Counted from the first letter of the stretch, positions 50,508 through 64,000 are shown. The stretch: 64,000 nt of DNA from Lama glama (GCA_028534125.1 CM052818.1:11534001-11598000); one strand, 5' to 3'. Program-made: numbers and translations. The notes: a model not told the origin generated them from the letters alone.

Positions 50508-51013
50508 TGTGATGATTAATTTTACATGTCAACTTAGCTAGCTTATGGTGCCCAGCTGTTTCATCAAATACCAGTCCAGATGTTGCTATAAAGGTATTTT
50601 TAGATGTGATTAATATTTACAATTAGTAGACTTTAAGTAAAGCAGATTACCTTCCCTAAGTGGGTGGGCTTCATCCAATCAGGTGAAGACCTGAAGAGCA
50701 AAGACTGAGGTTTCCCAGATGAAAAAGAATGCTGTATCAAAACTAAAATGTAGAAACCTGCCAGACTTTCCAGTCTGCCTGGCCTGCCCTGTGGATTCTG
50801 AACTCAAGACAGCAACATCAGTTCCTGCCTGAGTTTCCAGCCTGAAAGTCCACCCTATAAGTCCACTCTACAAGTTTCAGAAGTGCCAGCCTCCACAATC
50901 ATGTAAGCCTATTTCTCAAAATAAATCGATCTCTGTACATATGTGTGTGTGTGTTTGTGTGTGTGTCTGTATCTCCTATTGGTCTGTTTCTCTGGAGAAC
51001 CCTGACTAATGAA
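50508..51013 (+). mobile_element. Solo ERVL LTR (MLT2B-like) with 5-bp TSD
   Basis: tgtgatgattaattttacatgtcaactt ... gtgggtgggcttcatccaatcaggtgaag ... tctgtttctctggagaaccctgactaat. ATAAG flanks both ends (50503-50507 and 51014-51018). Confidence 0.92.
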
Positions 51014-54000
51014 ATAAGCATGTACTAGTTGACATAAGGAAAAAAAAATGAATAGGTAGGTCTTCAAAAATTAAACAACACATTTTAAATGAGAAAAAAA
51101 AAAAACACCAAATTCTCTTGGAGATAAAGCAACACAGCCAAGAAAAAAGATCCTGTTTGAAAAAAGATCCTGTTTTTCTACTTATTATTTAAGGGTCACT
51201 GTCTATCATGCATGGGGTGGACAAACATGTAAAGAAAAATGTTATACTAGCCCTGCATAATCACACCTCTACCATCTCTATTATGTGTGATGATGAAATT
51301 TGTCACTTGTCTGCTATTTACAGGTGAAATTTTAATAATTTATACCACATAACCATTTGCTGATAAGATAAACTGCAGTCCTGAAGGTATTTCACTTGAA
51401 AAATAAGAGACATTTTCCATTTTGTCACCTTTTCATATTAATATCTGCTAGTCTATAATGCTAATTAATAAATGTAGCAGGCAGTGTAAGTCTCAGGGTT
51501 TTTTTCCCTAATTTTGTTTAATTTATCAAATGGAAAATAATCTAGCAAAGAGTCATTAATTTAATTTCTTCTGAGAGGGAATCATTACTAGATATGTTAA
51601 ATTTTCAACAATGGAGCTTCAAAACAGCTGTAGCCATGGAAAATTTTTATAGTTTTAATTGAACATCTGTGCATTTAAATTGATTAATCTGAAGAAAATA
51701 CAGGAGAAAAGAAAGAACAGTAGGTAATATGAATTTAACAAACCTTTTTTTTTTGTTTTCTCTGCTTCTTAGTTAATGATTTTTCAGTATAAACAAAATA
51801 AGAGATTATCAGACAACATTAAATAATTCCCGTGGCTATAAATACATACATACTGATTTAGCAGAGTAGACAAGTATTTTGCAATAGGATTGTTTTCAAT
51901 CAAAGATATGGACAGGGATACATATGTGAACATATAAAGTGTTTATTAGGTCCCTGTCTCTATGGAATATGTTGAGGCAAGTCACTTAGGACAACATCCA
52001 AATGGTATAAAAATTCTCCGACCCCTCCAACCACCACTGTTGTCACTACGAGACACATAAGGATGAACAGAACTGCAGATATTTCAGCAATTTTTGTGGC
52101 ACCAAAAGATCACCCTTCCAGTATTTCTTTTCTCTTTTAAATGTAGATCTTTCTTATCAACTCACATTTTCTTTATACGTCATCTATTTCATTATCAAAA
52201 CTTAGTTACCACAGGCATGGTGGTAGCCTGAATTTCTCTCTCTCTCTCTCTTTTTTATTTTTTTATTTTTGTCAGTATTTGGAGAGAATGTGGCTCCAGA
52301 ACAATATATTATCTATGAAAAGAACTAAGAAAAATCTGTTGAGGCAGTAAAAGAATCACACAATTCTCATAGCCACTAAATCACATGAAAAGCTGGGGCG
52401 AGTTTGCTCCCAGTTATCATTGATATTAACTGGTAAACATATTGTATTTTTAAGTAAGATCAGAAGGTATATTTATCAACACCATTCAAAAACCAAGAGA
52501 AAGGACAGATGAAAAAATGGATGCACAGACAGGGGAAAGAAAAGCATTGTCAAGAGATGAAACAAAAATGAGTGTTTCCTTTCATTTTGAAGGGAAAGTT
52601 CTAATAACTGTGCATAACCCTGAATAAAAATAATCATCACAGTAGTAATATTTAATAATGTATTTACAGTAATTCAGAAATTAGTCCAATTTAAACTTCA
52701 GGTAAGATGTTAGTCTTTGCTCTGTGTTAGAAAAAATTGTAGAGGGAAATATGGCCATTTTAGAAACTGACCTGTTTCCTAAGCACATTTAAATCCATGT
52801 GAACAGCCATGCTCAACAGCACAGTGTTTGGCTTGTAATAGTTGCTCATTTAACATCTGAAAGTGCTTTGAAGGCCGTCCATCAAGAAGGTGCATGTGTT
52901 CATTACACATTACTCTAACATACCACTAAGGAAGGTAATAATGGCCAGATATCTGGCAACATGTTTTTAGCTACTGATTCTTTACTTATTTGAACAAAAC
53001 ACAAGAATATTTACTTCACAGTGGTTTACCACAACCTAACCTGCAAGCAAGTTATTTCCTTGTACCAAGCTGGCATCCCTGCTGTGATTATCCCTATGCA
53101 AAATCTCCCAATCCTGGACCTCAACTCACACTCTTAGCTTTTTTATCTTCAAGTGTATTACCAATTCTTACCACAAACTTTTAAGAACTCATATTAGCAG
53201 GCCACTTATTTCACATTGGTAGTTTTGTACAGTATATGTAGGTAGACATTTAATATAATTTATATAGATAATTATTATCTGTGGTGAGAGAAAAAATTAT
53301 TCACCAAAATTTCTTTCAAGGTGAGCACAACCTTTGTTAAAAGTAACTCTTTGATAAAATTAGAACAAAACTAGAGACAGAGATGACATTGAATGTGAAA
53401 ATAAGTTTTCTTAATGAAATCTGCCTCTACCTCAAGTGAATGGGGTGGGTATTAAAGAGTAGGAAAAAACTGCCTAAAGATCCTATAGACTGCATGATGT
53501 GACTTCTCCCTCCACCAAAACACATACACATACATGCATAAAATTATGAAATGCCTGAGGCTGATGGATTTGTTTTTGTGAGTGTGTGAAAACTGATGGA
53601 GCACTGGCCTTTGGTTCCAACTGTCCTGTGCTACATGGTATAGCAACTCAGATTCAAGAGCATGACGATTCAAAGAAAGCGAGACAAAGGAATGCACCAA
53701 GGTTGAGAGAAGTTTATTTATTATCCCAGGAGGTGCAATTGGTCTTCAAGATTCGGGAGACCTTACGTCACTGGTTACACAGCTATAGAACAAGAGCTAA
53801 ATTCCAGACGCAAAGAGTACTTGGCAGGACTACTGTAGAGGAGATTTAACTTTCAAAAAAGGAGTTAGCCTTTATGACCTTTCTAAAGTTGAAAGCCTAT
53901 GTTTTTATGATTACAACTATAGCTGAGAGAAATGATTAGCAAATTAGCCTTTTAATTATACTTCAGTTCTCAAAACTAATTGCTAAGTAAATCCAAATGC

Positions 54001-55239
54001 TTAGATCAAGGCTGATTTTACATAAAGATACTCATTATTTTGTCTTCTGGTTAGATAACAAAACCTTATAAAATGTAGACACTTTCTATCTGTGCTTCAT
54101 AGCTGTGACTATTAGATTTTCATCTATGACACATTGCACAGTTAAAAAATATAATCTTATTAAATTCTAGAATGCAAGAATAGAGGTCCACATTCCCAAG
54201 AGAATTTTGGCAATAAGGACATCTAGTTCACATTTTTAAGTCTGGAAAACTGTAATGCAGAGGATCCAAATATTTATATAATCAAAGACTACTTTTACTT
54301 CACTTTTTTCCCAGTGGTTCTGTATTTATTTTTTAAATGTGCATTTTTAGCACAAAAGTGTATGGATAGGACAAAAGAACAAAATGTAGTATAAATAAGA
54401 GGTTAATAATATAATAAGGCAAAAATTATAAATTATTGGAATGAATTATGAAACAGAAAGTATTGAGAGAATTTAAGAAACGTTGAGAAAAGGATTATGT
54501 TAACTTCTCACTACCATGAATATTGGGATATCTAAAATACTCTCATCAGTATTTGATGTAACGAAAATGTGTCAGTCTCAGATGTCATCAAGAGCTAGAG
54601 CGTCTGGCCAACATTATATATCCTTTGTTAACATGGTGAGCTAATACAATTTTAGTAAAAAGCAGAGATAGAAAACACGCTAGATAGCATGCACAGCATT
54701 TTTGTGTATTTATATAAAATAAATTACAACAGGAATTTTAAAATACTGAAAATAGCTCATGAGCTTTCATTACAATCTTTCTGTATCAGAAACATTAAGA
54801 ACATTGTTCTTACTATTTTTACATTTATTCTTAAAGAACTGAAAATTACATTCAAATATTAAAAAAAAAAGCAATTGTACAGTAAAAGGCACAGTGAGCC
54901 TTCTAATTTCATCAATGTGACAGACAAGATGACCTGAAAGTTCTTTCTGATACAAATGTGTAGAAATGCTGGATAAAACATAACAAACACCCTTTTAATG
55001 CATAATTGAGCAAGAGAGTTAAGTAAATATGTAGGGCCAAAACTGGAGAAAAAACTGAAAACGAGAGCAGAAAGCTCATGCACTGCTCTAGAAGGCCTGC
55101 ATGGAGCTGTTTCTCGGAAATGCAAATGCAGGGGCTTGGTTTTACCACACACGGAGAGATAGGAGAAAGGGCCCTAAGCTTCAGAAAGAAAGAGTGTAGC
55201 TACAATAATATCCAGCAAATTCGACTTCAAGTCAGTAAG

Positions 55240-57180
55240 TGTTACCAGAAATTAAAAGGGACACTACATTATGAACCAAGGATCTATTTATCAGGAAGTC
55301 ATGACATGACAAACTGTATGTACCTAATAAACAGAGCTTCAAGATACATAAAACAAACACTGACAGAAACAGAGAAATAAGTATGGTCTTGGTGATAGAT
55401 TTTGGCTCCTCTCTCAGTAACTGATAGAACAAGTAGACAAAGTTCAACAGGGATATAGAATACTTCCACAGCTGACCTACCTGACATTTACAAAGTATCA
55501 TTCTCTTCCTGTATACAGTGGACATAAATAAACCTAAATAAATTTTAAAGTATTGAAATCTTACAGAGCATGTTTTTTATTACAACAGAATTAAAACCTG
55601 GAATCAATAAAAATAAGGGAGCTAAAAAATCCCTAAATATTTGAAAATTAAATAATACACTAATTTGACCTATGGACCAAAAGAAGAAATCATCAAAAGA
55701 AATGAGAAAATATTCAAACTGAATACTAATGACAATCCAACATATCAATAGTTGTAGTATACAGCTTAAGTAATGGCTTAAAAAAATGTGAAGTATTACG
55801 TTTACATTAGAAAAGGACAAAAAAGTTATAAAATCAGGGACCTAAGTTTCTAAGGAAGACAGAAAAAGAAGAGAACCAAATTAAATCCTATAGAAAGAAG
55901 AAAGTTTAAAAAGAAGAAAGTAGCAATTAATGAAATAGAAAACAGTAATAGAAAAAAGTAATGCCAAATTTAATTTTTAAAAGATTAATAAAATTGATAA
56001 ACATATCAAAACCGATCAAGAAAATGAGGACAGAATATACCAAAAACAGAAATGAAAATGGGGATATTTCTACAGATCTCATAGGTATTAAACAGTTATT
56101 AAGAAAATATTATGCATAAATGTATGCTCATAAATTCAAGAACTTAGACAAAATGGATAAATTTCTTATAAAACACAATTTGTCAAAAGTGACACAGAAG
56201 AAATAGAAAATCTGCATAGCTCCAATATTAACTAAATTAATTTTTTAAACTTTTAAACCTTTCTCACAAAGAAAACTCCAGACCCAGCTGGTTTCAATGG
56301 TGAATTCTATCAAATATTTTTAAAAGAAATTTTAACTATCTTACACAAACTCTATAAGTAGGGGAAGAGAGTTCATTTTGTAACTTATTTTATGAGCCAA
56401 CATAACTCTGATATCAAAACCTGTAAGGATATTCTCAGGGGAAAAAAAAAAGCAAGACCAAGAAACTACAGACTGATTGCTCATGAATAAACACACCAAG
56501 AATCCTTCACAAAATTTTAGCAAATTAAATCCAACATACATATATATATGATACATCATAGTCATAAAATGAAGAAAATAATTTTTAGAAAGCAATGTAG
56601 TTAATAAGGGCATTACAAGTGATCTCCCTTGATAATATCTCATAACTAATACATTGAATGCTGGTTTCATATTTGAAAATGAGTCAATTAAATTCATCGT
56701 ATTAACAGAATAAAAAAGAAAAACCACATGATCCTCTGAATAGATGCAGAGGGGAAAATGACAAAATGTCACATCTACTCATAACAAAAACTCCCAGAAA
56801 ACTATGAAGAGAAGGAAACTACCTCAATCTGATAGAGGGTATCAGCTAAAACCCCACAACGAGCATCACATCTCACAGGAAGTATTGAACACTTCCTCTC
56901 CAAAAAGGAACAGAAAGACAAAGGTTTTGCACTCACCACTTCATTTTACTGGAGATCTTATAAAGTGAAATAAGATAAAAGAAAGAAATAAAAGGCATAA
57001 ATTTGGAATGGAATAGGTAAAATAGTCTTCATCCAGACAATACAATTGTACACATAGAAAATTCTATAATAAAGCTATTAAGTAAGTTTAACAAGGTCTT
57101 AGGATACAATTTTAAAAATTAATTGCAGTTTTATGTATGTGAAGCAAACACTGAAAAAATACTTTCAAAAAAGCAATGCA
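55240..57180 (+). mobile_element. Decayed L1 ORF2 (end of endonuclease through reverse transcriptase)
   Basis: ORF 55078-55380 ends MYLINRASRYIKQTLTE (endonuclease-like). RT-region motifs include aagaaaactccagacccagctggtttcaatggtgaattcta and aaaaccacatgatc..aatagatgcaga. Many stops and frameshifts. Confidence 0.9.
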
Positions 57181-57724
57181 GTTAATAAGAGTGATACAAG
57201 TGATCTCCCTGGGATTACTTCACAAATAAAATATCTTCCACAAGTCTTTGTTTCAGGCTAACAGCTAATAGCACATAAAATACAACTACTGTATACAGAG
57301 AAGCCTAGAAGTGCAAATATATATAAAAATCAGGAATAACAGATTTTTTTTTCATTTTGCTCAACCATATTTTCCAATTTTCCCAAACAACAAATCACAC
57401 ATTTGAAGAGAAAACAGTTACCAATCTTCAAAATTCTATTAAGAAAAACAGCCAATTAGTTTCACCATTTATCATGAGTGAGCTAATTTGCCAAAAATTA
57501 TTGACTAATATATCAAGATTTCATATATCAACTTTAGAAATTTAAATGACAACACAATTGTTAATAAGAGGTCATTGGGTTAAACATTGTAAATGTTCTA
57601 AATAACTCTTCTGAGGTCAAATAATGTGTTATAAGATCTTTTCATAAATCAATATTCAAGTAGGTAATATTTTAAAATATTTATCAATTAAACATGAAAA
57701 TATCATTATGTATCTTTTCCTATG

Positions 57725-59120
57725 TTATTCAACACATACTTATTAAATATCAACTATGTGGAAGTATTATTCTAAGTGAGTAAGAGAATAGATAGCATGC
57801 CAGGACTGTCATAAATATTTCACATGCATGCTATCCTTTATTCCCTACAACAGTCTGAGCAGATGCTAACATAGTCTCCATTTTCACATGGGAAAACTGA
57901 GCCTCGCAGAATGAAGCAACTGGTGTGAAATTGCAGAGCAGTGGGTGTCAGCACCAGCCTCCCAACTTGGTGAATCTGATCCCAGAGCCTACAGTCTAAC
58001 CACTGTGCTGAACACCACACTCAAGACGAAACGATATAAAAATGTTGTGTTCTCATGAAGCTTACACATTAGTAGTGGAATACAGAAAATAGGCAAATCA
58101 GGAAGAAAGTAATCAGATAATGATAAGATTTGAAGAAAATAAAATACAAGAGACAGTAGGGGAGGCATGTCAGGTAAGTCTGTGTGGGATGACATTTAAG
58201 AAAAGACATCCTGTAAAAGTCCGGGGAAAGAGTGTTCTAAGTAGACAAAACATCTACGCAAAGACTTGAATAAGAGCAACACTGATAATCCCTGAAGAAC
58301 AGGAATGAGGGTACAGAAGAGATGACTTTGGAAAGTAGGACCTCAGGGACAATGGGGAGAAAAACTAGCCTTTATCCTAAGGATGATGGGAAGCCATTCT
58401 TAGGAAGAATTCAGCACTGTGCTTTTATTTGTGTTTTTAAAATATCTCTTTATGAAGCACAGATTGTAAGGGAAGCAAGAAAGGAAGCAGAGAGACCAGG
58501 AGACGACCACGGTGGAATAAGGGAGAGCGGCAGGTGGCTCAAGTGTAGTGCTAAGGTGGGGAAAGAATCAGCCATGTTCCAGAGACAGACTCAGTGGGAC
58601 TCTCTGATGGACTGGTGTGGTGGGTGAAGAAAGAGAGGAAACAAGGATGATAACTAAGTTTTTGGCAATTTCAGATGGCGGTGATACTTACTGAACTAGG
58701 AATGACTGGGGAATGAGATGCCCGGGGGAAAGGTCAAGCTAGTAGATGCTCATTTACATGGAAGGTGAGATGTTAAATAAGTAGTTAGATAAGTGAACCA
58801 GAGTTCCAGGAGAGGAGTCCCACTGGAGATGAGAATTTGGCAGCCACCAGGGTCTAGATGGACCATGGAGCCCCTGGACTGGATGAACCCACAAGGGAGG
58901 GTGTGTAGGTGGAGCTGGCAGGGAGCCCGAAGCCAAGTCCCTGGCACACTGACAGATAGGACTGAGTAGGGGAGGGCTCAAGTAGGGAAGCCTGGAGAGG
59001 AACAGCCTCCTGAGGCAGGAGAAAACTAAAAGGGTCAGAATGTGCAAAAGATGAGCAATAATCCCTGAGATCCAGAAGGAGGGAGGGCTCATATGGGTGG
59101 AACTCTTTTCTCCAGAGATG
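57725..59120 (-). mobile_element. L2 element interrupted by a MIR
   Basis: attcaacacatacttatt; ctttatcctaaggatgatgggaagccatt; ggagaggaacagcc...aggcaggagaaaac. Confidence 0.8.
57795..58020 (-). mobile_element. MIR nested in L2
   Basis: tctccattttcacatgggaaaactgagcctcgcaga ... cagagcctacagtctaaccactgtgct. Confidence 0.8.
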
Positions 59121-59469
59121 AGTGAAGAGGAACAGTAGCTTACTTTAGACCAACAATACGTTCTTGCAAATCTTGTATAAATTAAAATGACTCATCCTCA
59201 CAAAAAAAGCCCTATACCTCAAAGAACAGTAAAATTTTACAAAGTTAAACATCTTTTATGAATGAAGAATACATCTCTTAAATAATCAAAGGAGTAAACC
59301 AAGATTCTCATACATCAGCTCGCTTAAAGCAGGATTTAATCTGTGGTACACCAAATCATGGGGAAGATGACTTTAAGGCTTAAACTCAATTTCAGATGCC
59401 ATCAGAAATAAACTCTAACATTTGGGTCATAGTGTGCTATCTTCACCTTCTAGAGTGCACATAAAAATG

Positions 59470-59690
59470 ATCACCATCATAGTCGCTAACACTGATTAAA
59501 TGCTTGCTTTATATCAATTAATTTAATCATTACTAGATCTTATCAATTAAATGTTTCTATTGTATCTACTTTTTTGTTTTTAAAAAGGAACTGACCATAG
59601 GAGAAGTTGAAGAGACTTTCCCAGTGTCAGTTAGAATTTCACATTGGTCATAACTAGAGCCTTAGGTCCACATTCTGGTGACATACTTAA
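59470..59690 (-). mobile_element. Degenerate MIR
   Basis: gctaacactgattaaatgctt ... aggaactgaccataggagaagtt. Confidence 0.5.
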
Positions 59691-60689
59691 ATACCTCAGG
59701 ACTCCGCCCTTTACACTTCCTGCTAAAGTCTGTTACCTCTTTTCTTCTCCCCGCTATCTATTTACCTTATATACTCATCCTGTGAATTAGAGAGAGACAT
59801 GAAAACCATGGTAAAGTAACAAGAAAAGAATGAAGGAGATAATCATTGACAATGATAGCTGAAAACTCAGCTAAAAAGGTAACTATAATTGAGTTTTTAA
59901 GTTTCCTGGTAGCACAGACAAAAAAAAAAATACACAACCGATTACAAAATTTCCATTATCTAATAAAAGGAAACATACCAGTTAGGCAAGAGACCTTTTT
60001 AGTTTCAATCCTTAAATCCAACAGTATATCGTACATGTGTTTATTTTAGGGAAAAATGAATCCTATAAGATCAGAGACTTCAAGAGCAATTCCTTCAAAG
60101 ATAAAGAAACATTCTTCATCTGGTTGCTCTTAGAATTTTCCATTTAAAAAAAGATCAACAGCTCAGCATTCTCTAGAATGATACTTCTATATGGTTCATG
60201 GTCATCTCAGCTTGTTTAAGCTTTAATAGGTGTCCAATGACTTAAGAACCATGACCTGAACTTTTACAACTGTCACAAGGGCTCAATAAAAATAAGACCT
60301 ATTATATACTCTGTATAAATGGCCTATATCACATATTTCTCAGAGGTAGCAGCATCTATGTGAAACAAAACCTTGGCAAAAATTTCAACACATCACTTGC
60401 CCCCCAGCTCCAATTTATGTCTGTTCACAAGCAAACTGTCATGGGTTTTAACTAATGAAAAACCGGCTTGTTTTTAGAAAACATCCTCATTATCAGCTAA
60501 TATAACAGAAATGACCACGAAGTGCATGATTTAATATGGATTAAATGTGAATACAACTCAGAAGCTTTCTTCTTGTTGAATTAGATAATCAAAACTATTA
60601 AACAGTATTTCAAAATGCTTTTCATAATCCTGGGACCATTAATGTCATGTTCAAATCACTGTGGATTTTTGTTGTTGTTGTTGCTCTTA

Positions 60690-61500
60690 CTATTCATAGG
60701 GATACAATGAGTCATTGGCACATTTCCAGTGCAAGATGCATTTGAATAATACATGACATGCCCTTTAGCTAGCATCATGATGCCGGATTTAAAACAAGGT
60801 AAGAAGTTTCCTCCATGTACACTTGCAATGTTCAGCTGTTCATAATCTATCGCGTTAACAATTTATCATCAAACCCAGTGACTTGCTGCCAACTTATCAA
60901 AGTGGCCACTGGATGCATATGATCAAGTCTGAGCATCTGGCTCTCCTCTGTTCCTGACATTAGCACAGACAACAGAATCAGTGGACTATTGAATGCAATT
61001 ACAGTAAGCGAGACAGACAATAAAGATTGATAGCGCCTTCTCTTTTTATCACACACAAAACTAGTGGGGGTTAAAGCTTTGCCTTGAGCTGCCTTCATTT
61101 AATAATGATTGAAAATATGCAATTGTGTTGGTAAAACACTGTAGCCTGTACCACTTCATTTACTGGACACGTTATCAAATTAAATGAAAAGTGAACTGCC
61201 AAAAGCAACAGTTATTATATATTAATGATGAATATTTACTTAGCATTGTTCACAAATCATACAGAGAACAGAATCCTTCTTGTTATCTTCTTTGCAGGTT
61301 ACAGTTGAGTAGGCTTAACATTTCTATGTTTACGTTAAGTCTTCTGTCTACAAATCTAAATACAGACTTGCACGATTGGTTTTGTGACTATCCATGTGAT
61401 TACAATGTGTAATTAATAAAATGCTCTAGTTGTAGATGAATCCTAATTATTGAAAAGCTTTTTCCCCCTTTATGACAGTTCTCATTCTGGTAGCTATTCT
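60690..61500. promoter_or_regulatory. Putative conserved non-coding element
   Basis: Repeat-free, complex and non-coding, with GATA, TAAT and Sox-like motifs and retained CpGs (atcgcgtt, gatagcgcc). Confidence 0.45.
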
Positions 61501-62499
61501 TGTAGCAAGTGAAACTTAGCCAGGGGTACATGTTGTCATCAAAAGGTTAGGAACTTCAGCTTCAACGAGCTTCCAAACTTTGGAATGTGAAAAAGACCCT
61601 CAAGACAAGCCACAAAGTTATACTTAACATTTTTCTCCAAAGAGCTTTGCTTTCGTAGCCATTGGGGGATATAAAGTCCACCCATAGTTTAATCTCCAAA
61701 ATAAGAAATACGCAAGGGGCAAAAGGCAAAATGGGTCAGTATAGAGCTATTGAGCAGACAAGGGAAAATGGATCCTATTCCACAGTTCATATGGTAGGAA
61801 ACTGCATTCTAAGCGAACATTAATAAATCTGGGAATACAAAAGTAAGTGTCTCACTGTTAAGTGGACAAACATTTGGTGTGCATACCGGCGTGTCAGAAA
61901 GACATGACGGCGGCAGGCAGATATGATTGTTCGAAGTTATGTAGATTAATTCAAGGTTCTTTTAAAACACACACACATCTGGCCTTTCCTTTCCAGTGAT
62001 AGATACAGGAAAAGAAGGCACTCATATATGAAATGCAATCATGTCTCTTCTCTAGGAGCTCAACAATCTGAAAAGGTGATGTATCCCAAACAACGAGAAA
62101 ATAAGAAGAGGTAAAAGATAAGAAGAGGCGGAGAAGCAGTCATGGGTTTTCTAAAACCACCCCACTGGTTATTCTGTAAGCAATTAAATACATACTCAGA
62201 AGTGTTGAGTTTAGAATTAGAGCACCAACCATATGCAGTTAATATAAATAGCAGCATGAGGTACAGGATATTCAGCAAGTGTGGAAAACTCACCAAAGTA
62301 ATAGCATAGCCACAGTAGATTGAGAATCTGGAAGCCCAGAAAGCAGCTGAATCAGTATTCATGAAATGTAAAGGAAACAATTATGGTTTCCAGAATTTAC
62401 CTTCAAGCAAAATCTAAGTGAAATCATTCTTTCTTAAGCGCATTTAAATTCTAAGGTCCATGTGGCCTTCAGATCGTTTGGAGATGTGTAGCCTTTGCC

Positions 62500-62600
62500 A
62501 ATTATTCTCAAACCCAGCGACTCCCAGACTAAGATCTTTGTAAAATGCAGATCTCTGGGTCCCAGCCTTTGGGATTTTTATTCAGTACATTTTATGTGGA
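62500..62600. mobile_element. MER5A/B-like remnant
   Basis: ttctcaaac ... gtaaaatgcagatctctgggtcccagcc ... ttttattcagta. Confidence 0.55.
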
Positions 62601-62869
62601 GCAATGGGTACTCACTATGGAATATTTGGCAAATGAAATATGAAAAAGCAGAAAGAAAACCCATCACCTATAAAGCCACTGTCTGTGAACCCATCCATCT
62701 TTTTATTTATGCACATCTTTTTATCTATGAATGTACAAATTTTTCAAGTCAATAATATTTTCAATAACTTTGGGGAGGTCACTCCACAAAAATGTAAGTG
62801 AAAAAGAAATATATGCTTATGGCTAAAACCCAACACACTATGTATCAACCCAAATAAAAACATGAGAGA

Positions 62870-64000
62870 ATGCTCCTGCTACCCCTCAAAAGCTGCTCTC
62901 ACAGAGTTATTGTTAAATACAGATGTATCTTTATAGTCTTTATTTTACAGTCTTTGCCACACCGGGGGGCGGGGTTTAGGGCAAGGTGTGTCCGACCCTC
63001 TTCTACCCGCTCTGATGTGGTTTTCTCCTTGTTTGTGAAGGATGGAGTTGTCACTCAGCTGGCCGTTAGGGTTTTTTTAAATAGGAAATTGTTCTGTATG
63101 TAGCTGTAGACTCAGTGTGTCCATGGGAGGCAGTAAGTTCAGAATCTTCCTGTATCACCGTTTCGAGTCTCTTACCCTTTATGTATTCACTTTTAATTTA
63201 ATTGTGCATGTATTTTACATAATCAAAATTGGACTACACAGATTGTTCTGTGAATTGACTTTTTCACTTCATGTCATTCTGATTTATATCTAGATCTACC
63301 TAAAACTATCTATTTTTCTTATTGTTTTGAATGGCTATATAGTATTCCACAGTATAAATAAATGATCATAATTATTTTAGCCTTTACTATGCCTTTACTA
63401 TTGTTCCTAATGTATTAATTTTACCAAAAAATCTGTAAATATGTATGTATCTTCACTTACATGAAGCTTTTTTGCAGTATAGATTAGAAATGGAATTTCT
63501 GTATCAGAAGTATGTGAATTTAAAATTTTAATAGACACTGAAAAATTGTTCTTTCAAAAGGCTATGTCATTTTCTATTCTCACCCACAAAAATTACAAGA
63601 GGACCCATTTCTCCACAACTCCTTGACGCTAAATATTTTTCATAGTTTAAAATGTTACCAATCTATTGTATGAAAAATGGTATCTCATTTTTCATTTTCA
63701 TTCTCAGCCTCATATCCTATGTCTATTAGCCATCCTCATTTCTTCTATGAATTGCCTGTTTGTACCCTACACGCATTTTTGTATTGTGTGATTTATCCTT
63801 TTCTTATGACTTTCTAAAAGCTCTCTATTTGACTTTCAACTTTGTATAATGTAAATACACAGAGGCTTTTTGTCTGTTCCTTAGAATATTCTTTCCCAAC
63901 TGACAGCTACAAAAAAATCATCTCATATTTTTATGGTTGCTAAAGTTTAGATTTTTGAATATCTCTGGAATTTATTTTTATGTACAATATAAAAATGTGT
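62870..64000 (-). mobile_element. Ancient L1 (L1ME-like) 3' region running off the window
   Basis: atggctatatagtattcca; agaaatggaatttctgtatcagaag; cccatttctccaca; aaaatggtatctcatt. Confidence 0.85.
62956..63170 (-). mobile_element. Isolated L1 5'-UTR terminal fragment nested in the older L1
   Basis: The reverse complement reads ...caggaagattctgaacttactgcctcccatggacacactgagtctacagctacatacagaacaatt..., resembling eutherian L1M 5' ends. Confidence 0.7.

Noticed and set aside
1..64000. The 60-143 aa ORFs of the supplied track as stand-alone genes
   Set aside because: All are short, many start at non-ATG codons, and many fall in repeats or low-complexity DNA. The only recognisable peptides are decayed L1 ORF1/ORF2 pieces.
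1..64000. CRISPR array, operon, prophage or other prokaryotic-type system
   Set aside because: No regularly spaced repeats or gene-dense segments. The repeat content is typically mammalian.

Overview
This is AT-rich mammalian nuclear DNA, not prokaryotic. I found no long ORF, operon, CRISPR array, rRNA or tRNA. A large fraction is decayed interspersed repeat: MIR, L2, old L1 fragments, MLT1/MLT2 LTRs and MER5. One younger L1 3' end looks artiodactyl-type, and I saw no ruminant, pig or cetacean SINEs, so a camelid-like host is plausible (inference). Nearly all L1 pieces lie on +, which suggests the window is inside long introns of a minus-strand transcription unit. The best exon candidate is 9073-9230 (-), with a few weaker small ones; I cannot name the gene. 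Several repeat-free, TAAT-rich blocks look like conserved non-coding enhancers. The clearest oddities are a two-template local insertion (38950-39022), a poly(A)-tailed MLT1 LTR piece apparently mobilised by L1 (43306-43419), a lone L1 5' end and two tight hairpins. I see no convincing new biological system. Repeat names come from recall of consensus sequences and most boundaries are approximate.
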